Of a stretch of 64,000 nucleotides of DNA, positions 9,909-19,342 are shown piece after piece; the first letter of the stretch is position 1, and the number at the start of each line of letters is the position of its first letter. The DNA comes from Myxococcota bacterium (lineage in GTDB: Bacteria > Myxococcota_A > SURF-8). Made by a program: the position numbers and the translations under genes. Below the pieces are notes generated by a model. It was not told the origin of the DNA. It saw nothing but the letters and a program-made list of their open reading frames with translations, and ran no database searches. Where the stretch lies: the NCBI GenBank assembly GCA_963674735.2, contig CAXXQS010000001.1, forward strand, positions 448,001 through 512,000, written 5' to 3'.

Positions 9909-12092
9909 TTAACGACGATTTCTGGGTCCGCCGCCCCTGCGGTTGTCGCGGGATCCGCCGCGTGAGGGACCGCGATCGTCGCGGGTGCGTTCGCGCTCGA
10001 CGTAGCCTTCCGGTTTGGGTTGAAGGGCTTTCATGGAAAGGCGCATTTTGCCACCGCGCTCCATGTCGACCAGTTTGACTTCGATGATGTCGCCCTCGTT
10101 CATCGTCCCTTCCATACGCTCGGTGCGCGTCCAGGCGACTTCGGAGATATGCAGCAAGCCCTCGATACCGGGGATGATTTCCACAAAAGCACCGAAATCG
10201 GTGATGCGTTTCACTTTACCCGAGTAGACTTTGCCGATTTCCGGCTCTTCGGTCAGGCCCTTGATGATTTCCATCGCGGCTTCGCAATCCTTCAAATTGG
10301 AGGACGCGATCGTGACGAGACCGTCATCGGCCACATCGATTTTGCAACCGGTTTGTTCCACGATTTCACGAATGGTTTTGCCGCCGGCGCCAATGACGTC
10401 ACGGATCCGGTCGACCGAAATCTGCATCGAGACGATGTGCGGGGCGTAATCGGAATATTCCTTGCGCGGCTCCGGCAGGTGTTCGAGCATTTTGCCCAGA
10501 ATGTGCAACCGGCCTTCTTTGGCCTGGGAAAGCGCGTCGGACAGAACTTCGCGGGTGGTGCCGTCGATCTTGAGATCCATCTGCAGAGCCGTGATACCAT
10601 CGGCGGTACCGCAGACTTTGAAGTCCATGTCGCCGAGGTGATCTTCGTCGCCGAGGATGTCGCTCAGGATCCGGAGCGTGTCGCCTTCCTTCATCAAGCC
10701 CATGGCGATACCCGCCACCGGTTTGCGCAGCGGAACGCCCGCGTCCATCATCGCCAGGCAACCGCCGCAGACGGTGGCCATGGACGAGGAGCCGTTCGAT
10801 TCCAAAATGTCGGAAACGATCCGGACCACATAAGGAAATTCAGGGCTGTCAATGGGAACCATCGTTTTGAGGGCGCGATAGGCCAGGTTTCCGTGACCGA
10901 TTTCGCGGCGGCCGGGGGAACCGAGGCGCTTGACTTCGCCGACCGAGAACGGCGGGAAGTTGTAATGCAGCAGGAACTTCAGGGTGCGGTCGCCCAGGAT
11001 GTCGTCGAGACGCTGGCTATCTCCGCTGGTACCGAGAGTCACGGTGCACATGGCCATGGTTTCACCGCGGGTGAACAGGGCGCTGCCGTGGACGCGCGGA
11101 AGCAGGCTGGATTCGATGGTGATGGGGCGTACTTCGTTCCAATCACGGTAATCGATGCGGCGGCCGTCTTTGATGTAGAGGCTACGAACGTAGTGATATT
11201 TCACTTCTTCAAGGGCTTTGCCGATAAACGCCTTTTCTTCGTCCGGTAGATCGGCCAGGCTTTCTTTTACGGCTTTCTTGGTTTCGCCGACCACGGCGTA
11301 ACGTTCGAGCTTGGTTTTGATCTGGTAAGCTTTTTCGAAACCCGGCATGGCCAGTTCACGGACCTTGGCCAGCAGATTCTCGGGGATCTCGACTTTGTTG
11401 ACTTCCCACTTGGGCTTGCCGACGCTTTCACGCAGTTTGAGCTGCATTTCGATGACCGGCTGGACCCACTCGAAGCCCTTCATCAGCGCTTCGATCATTT
11501 CCTCTTCGCTGGCTTCCAGAGCTTCACCTTCCACCATCACGATGGCGTCGGAAGAGGCCGCCATGAAGATGTCCAGTTTGGAATTCTCCATCACCACCGG
11601 TGACGGGTTGCAGATGTACTCGCCGTCGACCAGACCGACCCGGACGCCCGCGATCGGACGCTCGAAGGGGATGTCCGAGGTGACCAGGGCGGCGGAGGCG
11701 CCGATCATGGCCATGAGATCGGTTTCGTTTTCCATGTCGGCGCAGAAGACGGTGGCGATAACCTGGGTTTCAGCCTTGAACCCTTCGGGGAACAACGGCC
11801 GGATGGGGCGATCGATCATGCGGGAAATCAACACTTCGCGGGCTTGCGGGCGCGATTCGCGTTTGATGTAGCCGCCGGGGAAACGGCCGACGCTGAACAT
11901 TTTTTCGAAGTAATCGACGGTCAGGGGGAAGAAGTCGATGCCTTCGCGCTCTTTTCCGCTGGAGCAGGCCGTAACCAAAACGCGGCTGTCACCGTATTCG
12001 ACCCAGGCGGTTCCATTGGCTTGTTTGGCGAGGCGACCCATCTCAATCGTGAATGGACGACCACCGAAATCTACGGTTTCACGTACTGTCAT
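9909..12092 (-). CDS. pnp: Polyribonucleotide nucleotidyltransferase (PNPase)
   Basis: FFPLTVDY, RREIGHG, ESNGSSSMA, DMDFKV; KH and S1 domains. Confidence 0.98.
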   Translation of the reverse strand: MTVRETVDFGGRPFTIEMGRLAKQANGTAWVEYGDSRVLVTACSSGKEREGIDFFPLTVDYFEKMFSVGRFPGGYIKRESRPQAREVLISRMIDRPIRPLFPEGFKAETQVIATVFCADMENETDLMAMIGASAALVTSDIPFERPIAGVRVGLVDGEYICNPSPVVMENSKLDIFMAASSDAIVMVEGEALEASEEEMIEALMKGFEWVQPVIEMQLKLRESVGKPKWEVNKVEIPENLLAKVRELAMPGFEKAYQIKTKLERYAVVGETKKAVKESLADLPDEEKAFIGKALEEVKYHYVRSLYIKDGRRIDYRDWNEVRPITIESSLLPRVHGSALFTRGETMAMCTVTLGTSGDSQRLDDILGDRTLKFLLHYNFPPFSVGEVKRLGSPGRREIGHGNLAYRALKTMVPIDSPEFPYVVRIVSDILESNGSSSMATVCGGCLAMMDAGVPLRKPVAGIAMGLMKEGDTLRILSDILGDEDHLGDMDFKVCGTADGITALQMDLKIDGTTREVLSDALSQAKEGRLHILGKMLEHLPEPRKEYSDYAPHIVSMQISVDRIRDVIGAGGKTIREIVEQTGCKIDVADDGLVTIASSNLKDCEAAMEIIKGLTEEPEIGKVYSGKVKRITDFGAFVEIIPGIEGLLHISEVAWTRTERMEGTMNEGDIIEVKLVDMERGGKMRLSMKALQPKPEGYVERERTRDDRGPSRGGSRDNRRGGGPRNRR

Positions 12093-12155
12093 TATTTTTC
12101 CTGTATTCTGTTAACGTGTTGTTAACGTTATTGCGAATGTGGCATTTGGAGACGC

Positions 12156-12182
12156 AAAAACGGCGTGCCGTGAAGCACGCCG
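12156..12182 (-). terminator. Hairpin/terminator between rpsO and pnp
   Basis: cggcgtgc-cgtgaa-gcacgccg stem followed by UUUUU on the minus strand. Confidence 0.7.
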
Positions 12183-12192
12183 CCCATGCTAC

Positions 12193-12462
12193 CTATTTGC
12201 GGATCCCAAGCTCGCCGATGATTTTGCGATAGCGCTCGACGTCTTTGGACTTGACATAGTCCAGCAGACGGCGTCGCTGGCCGACCAGCTTTAGCAGGCC
12301 GCGGCGGGAATGATGATCTTTGTGATGAATCTTGAAATGCTCGGTGAGTTGCTGAATCCGAGTCGTCAGGAGGGCGATCTGCACTTCTGGCGAACCGGTG
12401 TCGGAATCGTGTGTGCGGTGCTTCGACACGATATCCAGTTTTTCTTCAAACGATAAGGCCAT
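12193..12462 (-). CDS. rpsO: 30S ribosomal protein S15
   Basis: [24 protein letters not shown]; 89 aa from ATG 12462 with AGGAG upstream. Confidence 0.98.
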   Translation of the reverse strand: MALSFEEKLDIVSKHRTHDSDTGSPEVQIALLTTRIQQLTEHFKIHHKDHHSRRGLLKLVGQRRRLLDYVKSKDVERYRKIIGELGIRK

Positions 12463-12570
12463 CTTAAACTCCTGTGCTTTCAACACCTTTTCTTTTATCC
12501 CTTGCTCTAAGGCTGGAATTGTATAGCGGACTTGCCAAGTAATGTCAATGGAATTTTCGCCGACCAAATG

Positions 12571-13545
12571 TTACGAACTCGGCGGGGTCGGTTCTGCGAT
12601 TCCGCGCAAAACCCGAAGCGCCTCCGTATCGGCGGGAAGTGCGGACCAATCTTCGGCTGGATGCAGGGCTTCCATCAGGGCCATCAGACGTCCTTGTGGA
12701 TCGAGAACCCGCCAGGTTGTGGCCTCCGCATTTGATCCGGTGAACGCCTGCGCCGCCGGACCTGCCAGCAGCGGATGACCGTGGCGGATGCGTTTTTCCG
12801 ACTTCTCGTCTACCTGAAGCATTGGAATATCAAGAGCTTCCGATTCCAGCGCGAGCATCCGGGCGAAGGCTTCGGCATCGTCGGAATCCAACAGCGCATC
12901 GAGTGGCAGGCTTTCCGATAGGGAAAAGGGGCCATGTGCGAGACGCATGAGCGATTGCATGTGACCGCCGCAGCCGAGTTTATCCCCGAGGTCTTTGCAG
13001 AGGCTGCGGACATAGAAACCTTTACTGACGCTCATGTTCAAGCGGAGGCAGGTTTCGTCGATGCTTTCCAGATTCAGTTCGTAAACGTCGACATTTACGG
13101 CTTTTCTTTCGATCACCTCGCCCTGGCGCGCCAGTTTGTAGAGCGGTTGGCCGTCGCGTTTTTTGGCCGAATACATCGGGGGCACCTGAAGAATGGATCC
13201 GCGAAACGACTCCAATGCGCGATGGATCTCCGCTTCGTTGCAGGTGACCGGCTGCTCGCTTGTGATTTCGCCTTCCCGATCATAGGTGTCGGTGGTGACA
13301 CCCAGACGGCATTCCGTGCGGTAGGATTTGCCGCGATCCGACAAGTAGCCCGCCAGTTTGGTGGCTTCATTTACCGCGATGGGAAGGACTCCGGTGGCGA
13401 GCGGGTCGAGCGTTCCGGCGTGGCCCACTTTTTTCAAACGAAAGCGTCGTTTGATTTTAGCCACAACGTGAGCGGATGTCAGCCCGGCGGGCTTGTCGAC
13501 GATCCAGAAACCGTTTGGCGTATCGCGCCCTTTTCGACGGCTCAC
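12571..13545 (-). CDS. truB: tRNA pseudouridine(55) synthase
   Basis: VDKPAGLTS, KVGHAGTLDPLATGVL, PPMYSA, SKGFYVRSL. GTG start overlaps the upstream stop, with GAGGAG RBS. Confidence 0.95.
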   Translation of the reverse strand: MSRRKGRDTPNGFWIVDKPAGLTSAHVVAKIKRRFRLKKVGHAGTLDPLATGVLPIAVNEATKLAGYLSDRGKSYRTECRLGVTTDTYDREGEITSEQPVTCNEAEIHRALESFRGSILQVPPMYSAKKRDGQPLYKLARQGEVIERKAVNVDVYELNLESIDETCLRLNMSVSKGFYVRSLCKDLGDKLGCGGHMQSLMRLAHGPFSLSESLPLDALLDSDDAEAFARMLALESEALDIPMLQVDEKSEKRIRHGHPLLAGPAAQAFTGSNAEATTWRVLDPQGRLMALMEALHPAEDWSALPADTEALRVLRGIAEPTPPSS

Positions 13546-14174
13546 CACAACTCCTCGATGCGCCAATGCCCATTTTCGTTCAACATTTTCACGGTTTGGC
13601 GACCGTCCTCGCCATAGGTCAACTCGGCGTGGTTTCGATCTATCCGAAAGGGTTGGCAGGCATGCGCGCTTAGCGCTCCGGCCCAATCGATGAGGCTTTC
13701 CGTGAAGCTTTCGGGCCAGGGTGCGTCCGCTATTTCCAGGTTTTGCGGGGCCAAGCGGCGTAAGGCCGTAAAATTGTTTGTCTCGATCAAGTGAAGAGCG
13801 AGAAGCAGGGTCGCTTCCGGGCTGCGATCGTGATACGGGCCGATGGTGGAACACTGCATGCGCCAGCCGTTGCTTTGCTCGACCATTAGGTATTGGTTGT
13901 TACCGATGGAAACCGTGGCGGAGGCATGGGTTTCTTGTCCGCGACGGCCTTCACCGGTTAGATTCACCTGCTTTCGGACCAGGGCATTGTCGATGAACGA
14001 GCTGTCGGTTGAGCATTGGCTGTCTTCCAGCAGGGCGCAGATTGCATGGGCATCGCCGCTGCGCACGGCTTGGTTGTATTTTTGCGCCAGCGCACTTGGA
14101 CCGGTGGCACACCCGCACAGGACAAGAACGAGCAAAACGAGGCATCCTATGAACAAACGGCAAAAGCCCGTCAT
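13542..14174 (-). CDS. Hypothetical lipoprotein
   Basis: Lipobox LCGC. Stop/start overlaps with psd and truB. Confidence 0.7.
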   Translation of the reverse strand: MTGFCRLFIGCLVLLVLVLCGCATGPSALAQKYNQAVRSGDAHAICALLEDSQCSTDSSFIDNALVRKQVNLTGEGRRGQETHASATVSIGNNQYLMVEQSNGWRMQCSTIGPYHDRSPEATLLLALHLIETNNFTALRRLAPQNLEIADAPWPESFTESLIDWAGALSAHACQPFRIDRNHAELTYGEDGRQTVKMLNENGHWRIEELW

Positions 14175-15013
14175 GTCAAATCTCCGATCCGTTGACCCAT
14201 CTTGACGGGCTGGTCGAAGCCGTTCGGATCGAGGGTGACCATCTCGGGGCTGAACAGCATCACGACGGTCGAGCCCAGATGGAAAACCCCCAATTCATTG
14301 CCTTTGTTGACGGGGATGACCTCGAAGTATTCTTTCTTCGATTCCTTGTGGGCGGAAAATCGCGCGCGTTGCGGGTCGTAGGATTGGGTGATCCGGGCGA
14401 CGCAGGTTGCGCCCACCATAACCACGGCCACTTTTCCGCGATCGGTTTTCATGTAAACGATCAGGCGTTCGTTACGCGAAAACAGGTGATCGATGCTGTG
14501 TGTGGCGGCTGGATTGACGGGGTAGACGGTTCCGGGGACGTAATGAAATCCGGTAACCTGGCCATCGCAGGGAAAGTGCACCCGATGATAATTACCCGGA
14601 CTCAAATAGACGGTTGAATAAGCGCCTCCTGTAAAAGCTTCCGCTTTGTGCGGGGACGCCAGCAAGTCGGCGGCACTGTATTTTTTCCCTTTGATTTGTT
14701 CCAGATCGAGATTTTCAATCAAGCCGGAACGGCCCAAAACACCGTCGGCGGGACTGATCAGAGCCCGGGAATTCGGATCGATGGGGCGGGTACCCGGTTT
14801 CATGTGACGCGTGAAAAACTCATCGAAACTCCGGAATCCGTCTTCGGGAACGACGGCTTCGGAAAGGTCGATACCGAAATGCTCGACATAAGCCGAAATG
14901 ACGGATTGCAGCAGTGCTTGGGGCGGGCGACGGTCTGCGCACCAGCCCATCAAACGGCTAAGCGTTTGCTTCGGAAGCAGATTCAGCCAAAGCCTCGTGG
15001 TTGTTTCACCCAT
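14171..15013 (-). CDS. psd: Phosphatidylserine decarboxylase proenzyme
   Basis: FFTR, SPADG, YLSPGNYHRVH, NER, and the LGST autocleavage motif. Confidence 0.95.
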   Translation of the reverse strand: MGETTTRLWLNLLPKQTLSRLMGWCADRRPPQALLQSVISAYVEHFGIDLSEAVVPEDGFRSFDEFFTRHMKPGTRPIDPNSRALISPADGVLGRSGLIENLDLEQIKGKKYSAADLLASPHKAEAFTGGAYSTVYLSPGNYHRVHFPCDGQVTGFHYVPGTVYPVNPAATHSIDHLFSRNERLIVYMKTDRGKVAVVMVGATCVARITQSYDPQRARFSAHKESKKEYFEVIPVNKGNELGVFHLGSTVVMLFSPEMVTLDPNGFDQPVKMGQRIGDLT

Positions 15014-15157
15014 TATATATGCCTATCGCAAGCGGTTTTCATGGGACCGCACATTAGAAACCCCCTGCAGGGTTGTCAAGTTTTATCCACTGAAACGATC
15101 GGACGGTTTCTTTCGACCCTGCATTAGAACCCATGTTGTGACCGTTCAAATCCATTC

Positions 15158-16300
15158 TCAGTCCTCGGATTCATTTTCCGTTTCCGAGTCGCTTTCACCG
15201 ACCTCTTCCCATTCGCCTTCCACCCACGCTTCGGTGTCGAGTTCAGAGGGGGGCTCGGCCTCGAATTCCAGGTCGCTGTCTTCTACCGCTTCAGTTTCGA
15301 CCTCGATATCCATATCCATTTCCGGCCTATCCAGGTCGCCGTCTTCTTCCGCTTCAGTTTCGACCTCGATATCCATATCCATTTCCGGCCTATCCAGGTC
15401 GCCGTCTTCTTCCGCTTCGTCGTCCGTATCGCCATCGACGATGACACCGGTGACATCCAACTCAAAGGCGCCCCGCGCGGCTTCTGCGTCGGCGGAGTAG
15501 CCGGAATCGACGACCAGGAAGTAGACCCGGCTTTCCTGCGAGGAAAAGCTCATGGATTCCGCCCGGCAGTCGTTGGGCTGGCACTCCCAGCGACGGTCGG
15601 AGCCTGCGAGGCAGATGGCACGATCGGAGCATTCCGCCGCCAGTGTCAGTGCCGGATCGTAACCGACTGTCTGTGGTGTCAAAGTGGCGGTGATCCGCGA
15701 ACCTGCAGGAAGATCGATGGAAAAAATCCGGTCGGGCCCCATCAGACTCCATTCGAAGCAGGAATCCGTTACGTCGAAACGGTTGGTCGTGCGGGTGGTG
15801 TCGGTGGTGATGTTGAAGGGCAGGGTTGTGATCGTGATATCCGCCGCACATTGGGTGGGGGAGGTTTCGCAGAGGCAGACTTCGGCGTTCCGTTCGGCAT
15901 CGAACGCACAGCCTAAGGTCGTGGCGTAACCCTGAAAATTGCAGATCGATTCGCAGGAGTCCAGGTGGAAACGACCGGCCTTGCAGGAACAGAGATTGTT
16001 TTCGAAGCAGGCGTCCGGATCGTCGCCTGTGCAGGATCCTTCGCAGTCAAAAGGCGAATATTCGATTTCGGTATCCGAATCGATGGCTTCATCTTCGGTT
16101 TCCCGGTCCCCATCGGAAGGAAAGAAGCCATCTCCATCCGGGAGCGTTTCCGCTTCGCTATCGACGTTATCTCCATCGATCAGCGAGATGTCGCCGTCGG
16201 CGGTCGTGTCGGAGGAGGAATTACTGCAGCCGATGAGGCACGCAAACGCCGCAAACAGAAGGACGCAGAGCAACAAGCGGTAGGGGGTGTGGGTGTTCAT
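15158..16300 (-). CDS. Acidic DGD-linker lipoprotein with Cys-rich and PPC-like domain
   Basis: Lipobox LIGC; DGD motifs; GPDRIF...YDPAL...YFLVVDSG...GAFEL; acidic tail. Confidence 0.8.
   Translation of the reverse strand: MNTHTPYRLLLCVLLFAAFACLIGCSNSSSDTTADGDISLIDGDNVDSEAETLPDGDGFFPSDGDRETEDEAIDSDTEIEYSPFDCEGSCTGDDPDACFENNLCSCKAGRFHLDSCESICNFQGYATTLGCAFDAERNAEVCLCETSPTQCAADITITTLPFNITTDTTRTTNRFDVTDSCFEWSLMGPDRIFSIDLPAGSRITATLTPQTVGYDPALTLAAECSDRAICLAGSDRRWECQPNDCRAESMSFSSQESRVYFLVVDSGYSADAEAARGAFELDVTGVIVDGDTDDEAEEDGDLDRPEMDMDIEVETEAEEDGDLDRPEMDMDIEVETEAVEDSDLEFEAEPPSELDTEAWVEGEWEEVGESDSETENESED
15286..15418 (-). repeat. Perfect 63-bp tandem duplication (EAEEDGDLDRPEMDMDIEVET x2)
   Basis: 15286-15348 is identical to 15349-15411. 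Confidence 0.9.
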
Positions 16301-17376
16301 GGCTTGTCCATCTTGTGAAGGGCTTCTTCCGACAAGGCGAAGTGGTCGGTCATGCCGGAGAGATAGTCGCACAAGTCGAGATAGCCTTCACGGTCGTTCG
16401 GATCGAGTTTTCGGCGCTCGGCCTCCATCTTGAAAAGGCCTTGCAACAATTCCGCGCCGCGTAGCGTTTCTTGTTTCAAACTGGCATCCAGATACATGTT
16501 CTTTCGCAGAAAAGCGGCCAATTCGCCGTAAAGGGGTCGCATTTCGTCCGAAAGTCCTATCGCGTGTATGACTGCATTGCGGCTGGCCTGCGGACCTCCG
16601 GCCTGTTCGACCTTTTCTTTGGTATGGGTGATGGCATCGGCGACCAGCGTTGAAACGAGGTTGCGGACGCAAACGCTAATTGCGATACGCGGGTCTTCGA
16701 CTTGTGTCGGTAAACAACGCTTCACCAGTGTCAGCGGGAGTGCATGCAGGTCTGCGATGCTCAGATCGTGATAGCGTGCGTAGTCGTCGAAATCGGTGGC
16801 GGTGTAAGCCAGATCATCCGCCAGGTGGGCGACCGCCGCTTCTGCACTATCGAAGCGGGAAAGATCGTCAAAACGGTACAACTCGCGGAGGTAGGTTCGT
16901 GCGGCTGCGCCTTTGGCCAAACCGACCAGAGTTTCGAAGGTCAGGTTCAGGCCGGGGAAGCGGTCGGATTTGATCTCGTTGAAGATGACGATCCGCAGAT
17001 TTTGAAAGTTGTGATCGAAGCCGCCGTAGTTCTCCATCAAACCGTCCAGGATATCTTCGCCCTGATGGCCGAAGGGAGGATGTCCCAGGTCGTGAGCCAG
17101 AGCAATCGCTTCGGCCAATTCACTGTTCAGATGCAACTGAGAAGCCGTCACCCGTGCGATCTGCGCCGTCTCGAGGGTATGGGTCAGACGGTTTCGGTAG
17201 TGGTCACCTTCATATGGCGAGAAAACCTGCGTTTTGAAGGCCAGTCGACGAAAGGCTTTGCTGTAAAGAATCCGTCCGATATCACGCTGAAAATCGGACC
17301 GATAGGGATCCGGCTCTGTCGGATAGCGACGCCCTTGCGACTCACGAACGGCATAATCGGCTAGTACATATGGCAA
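16297..17376 (-). CDS. dgt: Deoxyguanosinetriphosphate triphosphohydrolase (HD family)
   Basis: RSDFQRD, FRRLAFKTQVF, RNRLTHTLE, AHDLGHPPFGH, ADDLAY, SGMTD. Confidence 0.92.
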   Translation of the reverse strand: MPYVLADYAVRESQGRRYPTEPDPYRSDFQRDIGRILYSKAFRRLAFKTQVFSPYEGDHYRNRLTHTLETAQIARVTASQLHLNSELAEAIALAHDLGHPPFGHQGEDILDGLMENYGGFDHNFQNLRIVIFNEIKSDRFPGLNLTFETLVGLAKGAAARTYLRELYRFDDLSRFDSAEAAVAHLADDLAYTATDFDDYARYHDLSIADLHALPLTLVKRCLPTQVEDPRIAISVCVRNLVSTLVADAITHTKEKVEQAGGPQASRNAVIHAIGLSDEMRPLYGELAAFLRKNMYLDASLKQETLRGAELLQGLFKMEAERRKLDPNDREGYLDLCDYLSGMTDHFALSEEALHKMDKP

Positions 17377-17377
17377 T

Positions 17378-19021
17378 TTAAGGTTTTCCTTTGCCTTTTA
17401 AGAACGTCCAGGTCAAACCGGATGACCCGGTCAAGAATAAAGCCAAAGCGAGAACGCCCGCAAGGCCGAAATGGTCGTGATTGCTCACCAGGCCCAGGCC
17501 GATTACACCGCCGACCGTCAGAATGGCGGAGGTGATACGCCAGCTTTCCTGGGTGACGCGGTTGAGCAGGATCGGATCCCGCAGGCGGGCATCCACCACC
17601 AGACCGCCGGATTCGGCGCGGCTCAGGATGCTCTGCAACTGGCTGGGCAGGTCGCGTCCCAGATCGGCCATATCGCGCAGGGTACCGACCAGATCGACCA
17701 GCAGTCGTTCCGGCTTGTAGCGTTCGATAACGATGGTACGGGCAAATTCCGATGCGGCATCGATAACGTCGAAATCCGGATCGAGATCGCGACCCATCCC
17801 GTCGAGGGTGATGATGGCTTTGAACAGCAGGAGCAGTTCTTGGGGAAGTTGCAGGCGGTGGCGTCGTGCGACATTCCCCAGTTCGAGGAGCAGTTCGGCC
17901 GAGTTGATTTGCTTGAGCGACAACCCCATCAAGGGTTCGAGTACCTGCTGCAGATCGCGGGCCAGGCGCACGCTTGAAATATCGGCCGAGCGAACGCCGC
18001 CGAATCGTGTGTAAGTGCGTGCCACACCTTCGAAATCGCGCCTTACCAACGAGATGAACAAGCTGGCGCTGGTTTCGATCATGCGGTCATCCAGGCGTCC
18101 GGCGATGCCGAAATCGATCAACCCGATGGTTTCTTCTTCGAGAACGAGGATGTTGCCGCCATGAATATCTCCGTGGAAAAAGCCGTCGATGAAGACCATT
18201 TTCATGAAGGTCTGCACGCCGACATTGGCCAGCTTTTTCAAATCCCAACCCGTTTGACGCAGGCGTTCCTGGTCGCGCAGGGGAATGCCGTCCAGAAAGC
18301 CCATGATCAAAACGCGTTTCCCGGTGAAGGCCCAGTGCACCTGCGGAATAACGACGTGGGGATCGTCTTTGAAGTTGCGGTGGAATTGCTCGATGTTTTG
18401 CGCTTCCCGGATGAAGTCCAGTTCGAAACGGGTGACGCTGGCGAATTCCTCCACGATCGCCGTGGGTTGCACGACGGCGAGCGCGCTGACATAGCGTTCG
18501 ATCAAGTTGGCCAGGGCGAACAGAATGGACAGGTCGGTTTCGATGATCTGCTCGATTCCCGGACGTCGAACTTTGACCACCACCTGCGAGCCGTCGTGCA
18601 AAGTCGCCCGATGGGCTTGCGCAATGGACGCGGCCCCGAGAGGATCGGGATCCAGCGAGGCGAAGACTTCGTCCAGAGGAATATCGAGCTCTTTGGTGAT
18701 TTGACGATGCACGGCGTCAAGCGGGATCGGCTTGACCTGATCTTGGAGTTTGCGGAATTCCAGCACGAATTCGCTTGGAATCAGGTCGGGTCTGACCGAC
18801 AACATCTGGCCGAGCTTGATGAACGTGGGTCCCAGTTCCTCAAACGCCATGCGCAAGCGAACGGCGGGTGAGCGGTTGGTGCGGTTGGAATCCGAATGTT
18901 GGAAGGGGATCAGACGGTCCAGGCCGATATCGTTTAGAATATTCTGAAAGCCGTAACTGGCGAAGATCGTCCCGATCTGTTGCAGCCGTTTGATGTTTTT
19001 AAAGGTCTGATTTATTTTCAT
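17378..19021 (-). CDS. AarF/ABC1/UbiB family kinase
   Basis: LGPTFIKLGQ, AASIAQ.H, VVVKV.RP, FFHGDIHGGN, IDFG; C-terminal TM helices. Confidence 0.92.
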   Translation of the reverse strand: MKINQTFKNIKRLQQIGTIFASYGFQNILNDIGLDRLIPFQHSDSNRTNRSPAVRLRMAFEELGPTFIKLGQMLSVRPDLIPSEFVLEFRKLQDQVKPIPLDAVHRQITKELDIPLDEVFASLDPDPLGAASIAQAHRATLHDGSQVVVKVRRPGIEQIIETDLSILFALANLIERYVSALAVVQPTAIVEEFASVTRFELDFIREAQNIEQFHRNFKDDPHVVIPQVHWAFTGKRVLIMGFLDGIPLRDQERLRQTGWDLKKLANVGVQTFMKMVFIDGFFHGDIHGGNILVLEEETIGLIDFGIAGRLDDRMIETSASLFISLVRRDFEGVARTYTRFGGVRSADISSVRLARDLQQVLEPLMGLSLKQINSAELLLELGNVARRHRLQLPQELLLLFKAIITLDGMGRDLDPDFDVIDAASEFARTIVIERYKPERLLVDLVGTLRDMADLGRDLPSQLQSILSRAESGGLVVDARLRDPILLNRVTQESWRITSAILTVGGVIGLGLVSNHDHFGLAGVLALALFLTGSSGLTWTFLKGKGKP

Positions 19022-19230
19022 TGTTTTTTCCAATCAGAACAAGGTTTGTCATTCTATCATGTCTATTCATCCTCTCCAACAGGCTTTTCTCTTTTTCCCT
19101 ATGAAATCAGTTACCTATAACAGACCAGTTAGAAAATCCTTCCCAAAGTTCTTTTTTCGTTGGAAAAATGCAAGATGATATTCTCCGCCGCAACCAATTA
19201 CTGTTGGACTTTTACGATGAGGCAATTCGC

Positions 19231-19259
19231 TTGACACATACAAAAAACCAAATTATTAT
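19231..19259 (+). promoter_or_regulatory. Sigma70-type promoter for the 19343 lipoprotein
   Basis: TTGACA-17 bp-TATTAT. Confidence 0.6.
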
Positions 19260-19342
19260 AAATGTTTATTGCGGTTTTCGATTCCAATTCTTCGAATGCT
19301 CGGATTCGCAAAACGGCGATTGGTAGACCCGAGGAGGTAGCA

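Noticed and set aside
12571-13854. 427-aa extended TruB
   Set aside because: The extension overlaps the upstream lipoprotein; an RBS-supported GTG lies at 13545.
16297-17376. dGTPase as an antiphage defence gene
   Set aside because: Sits in an ordinary operon with the UbiB-family kinase, has typical GC and no defence neighbours.
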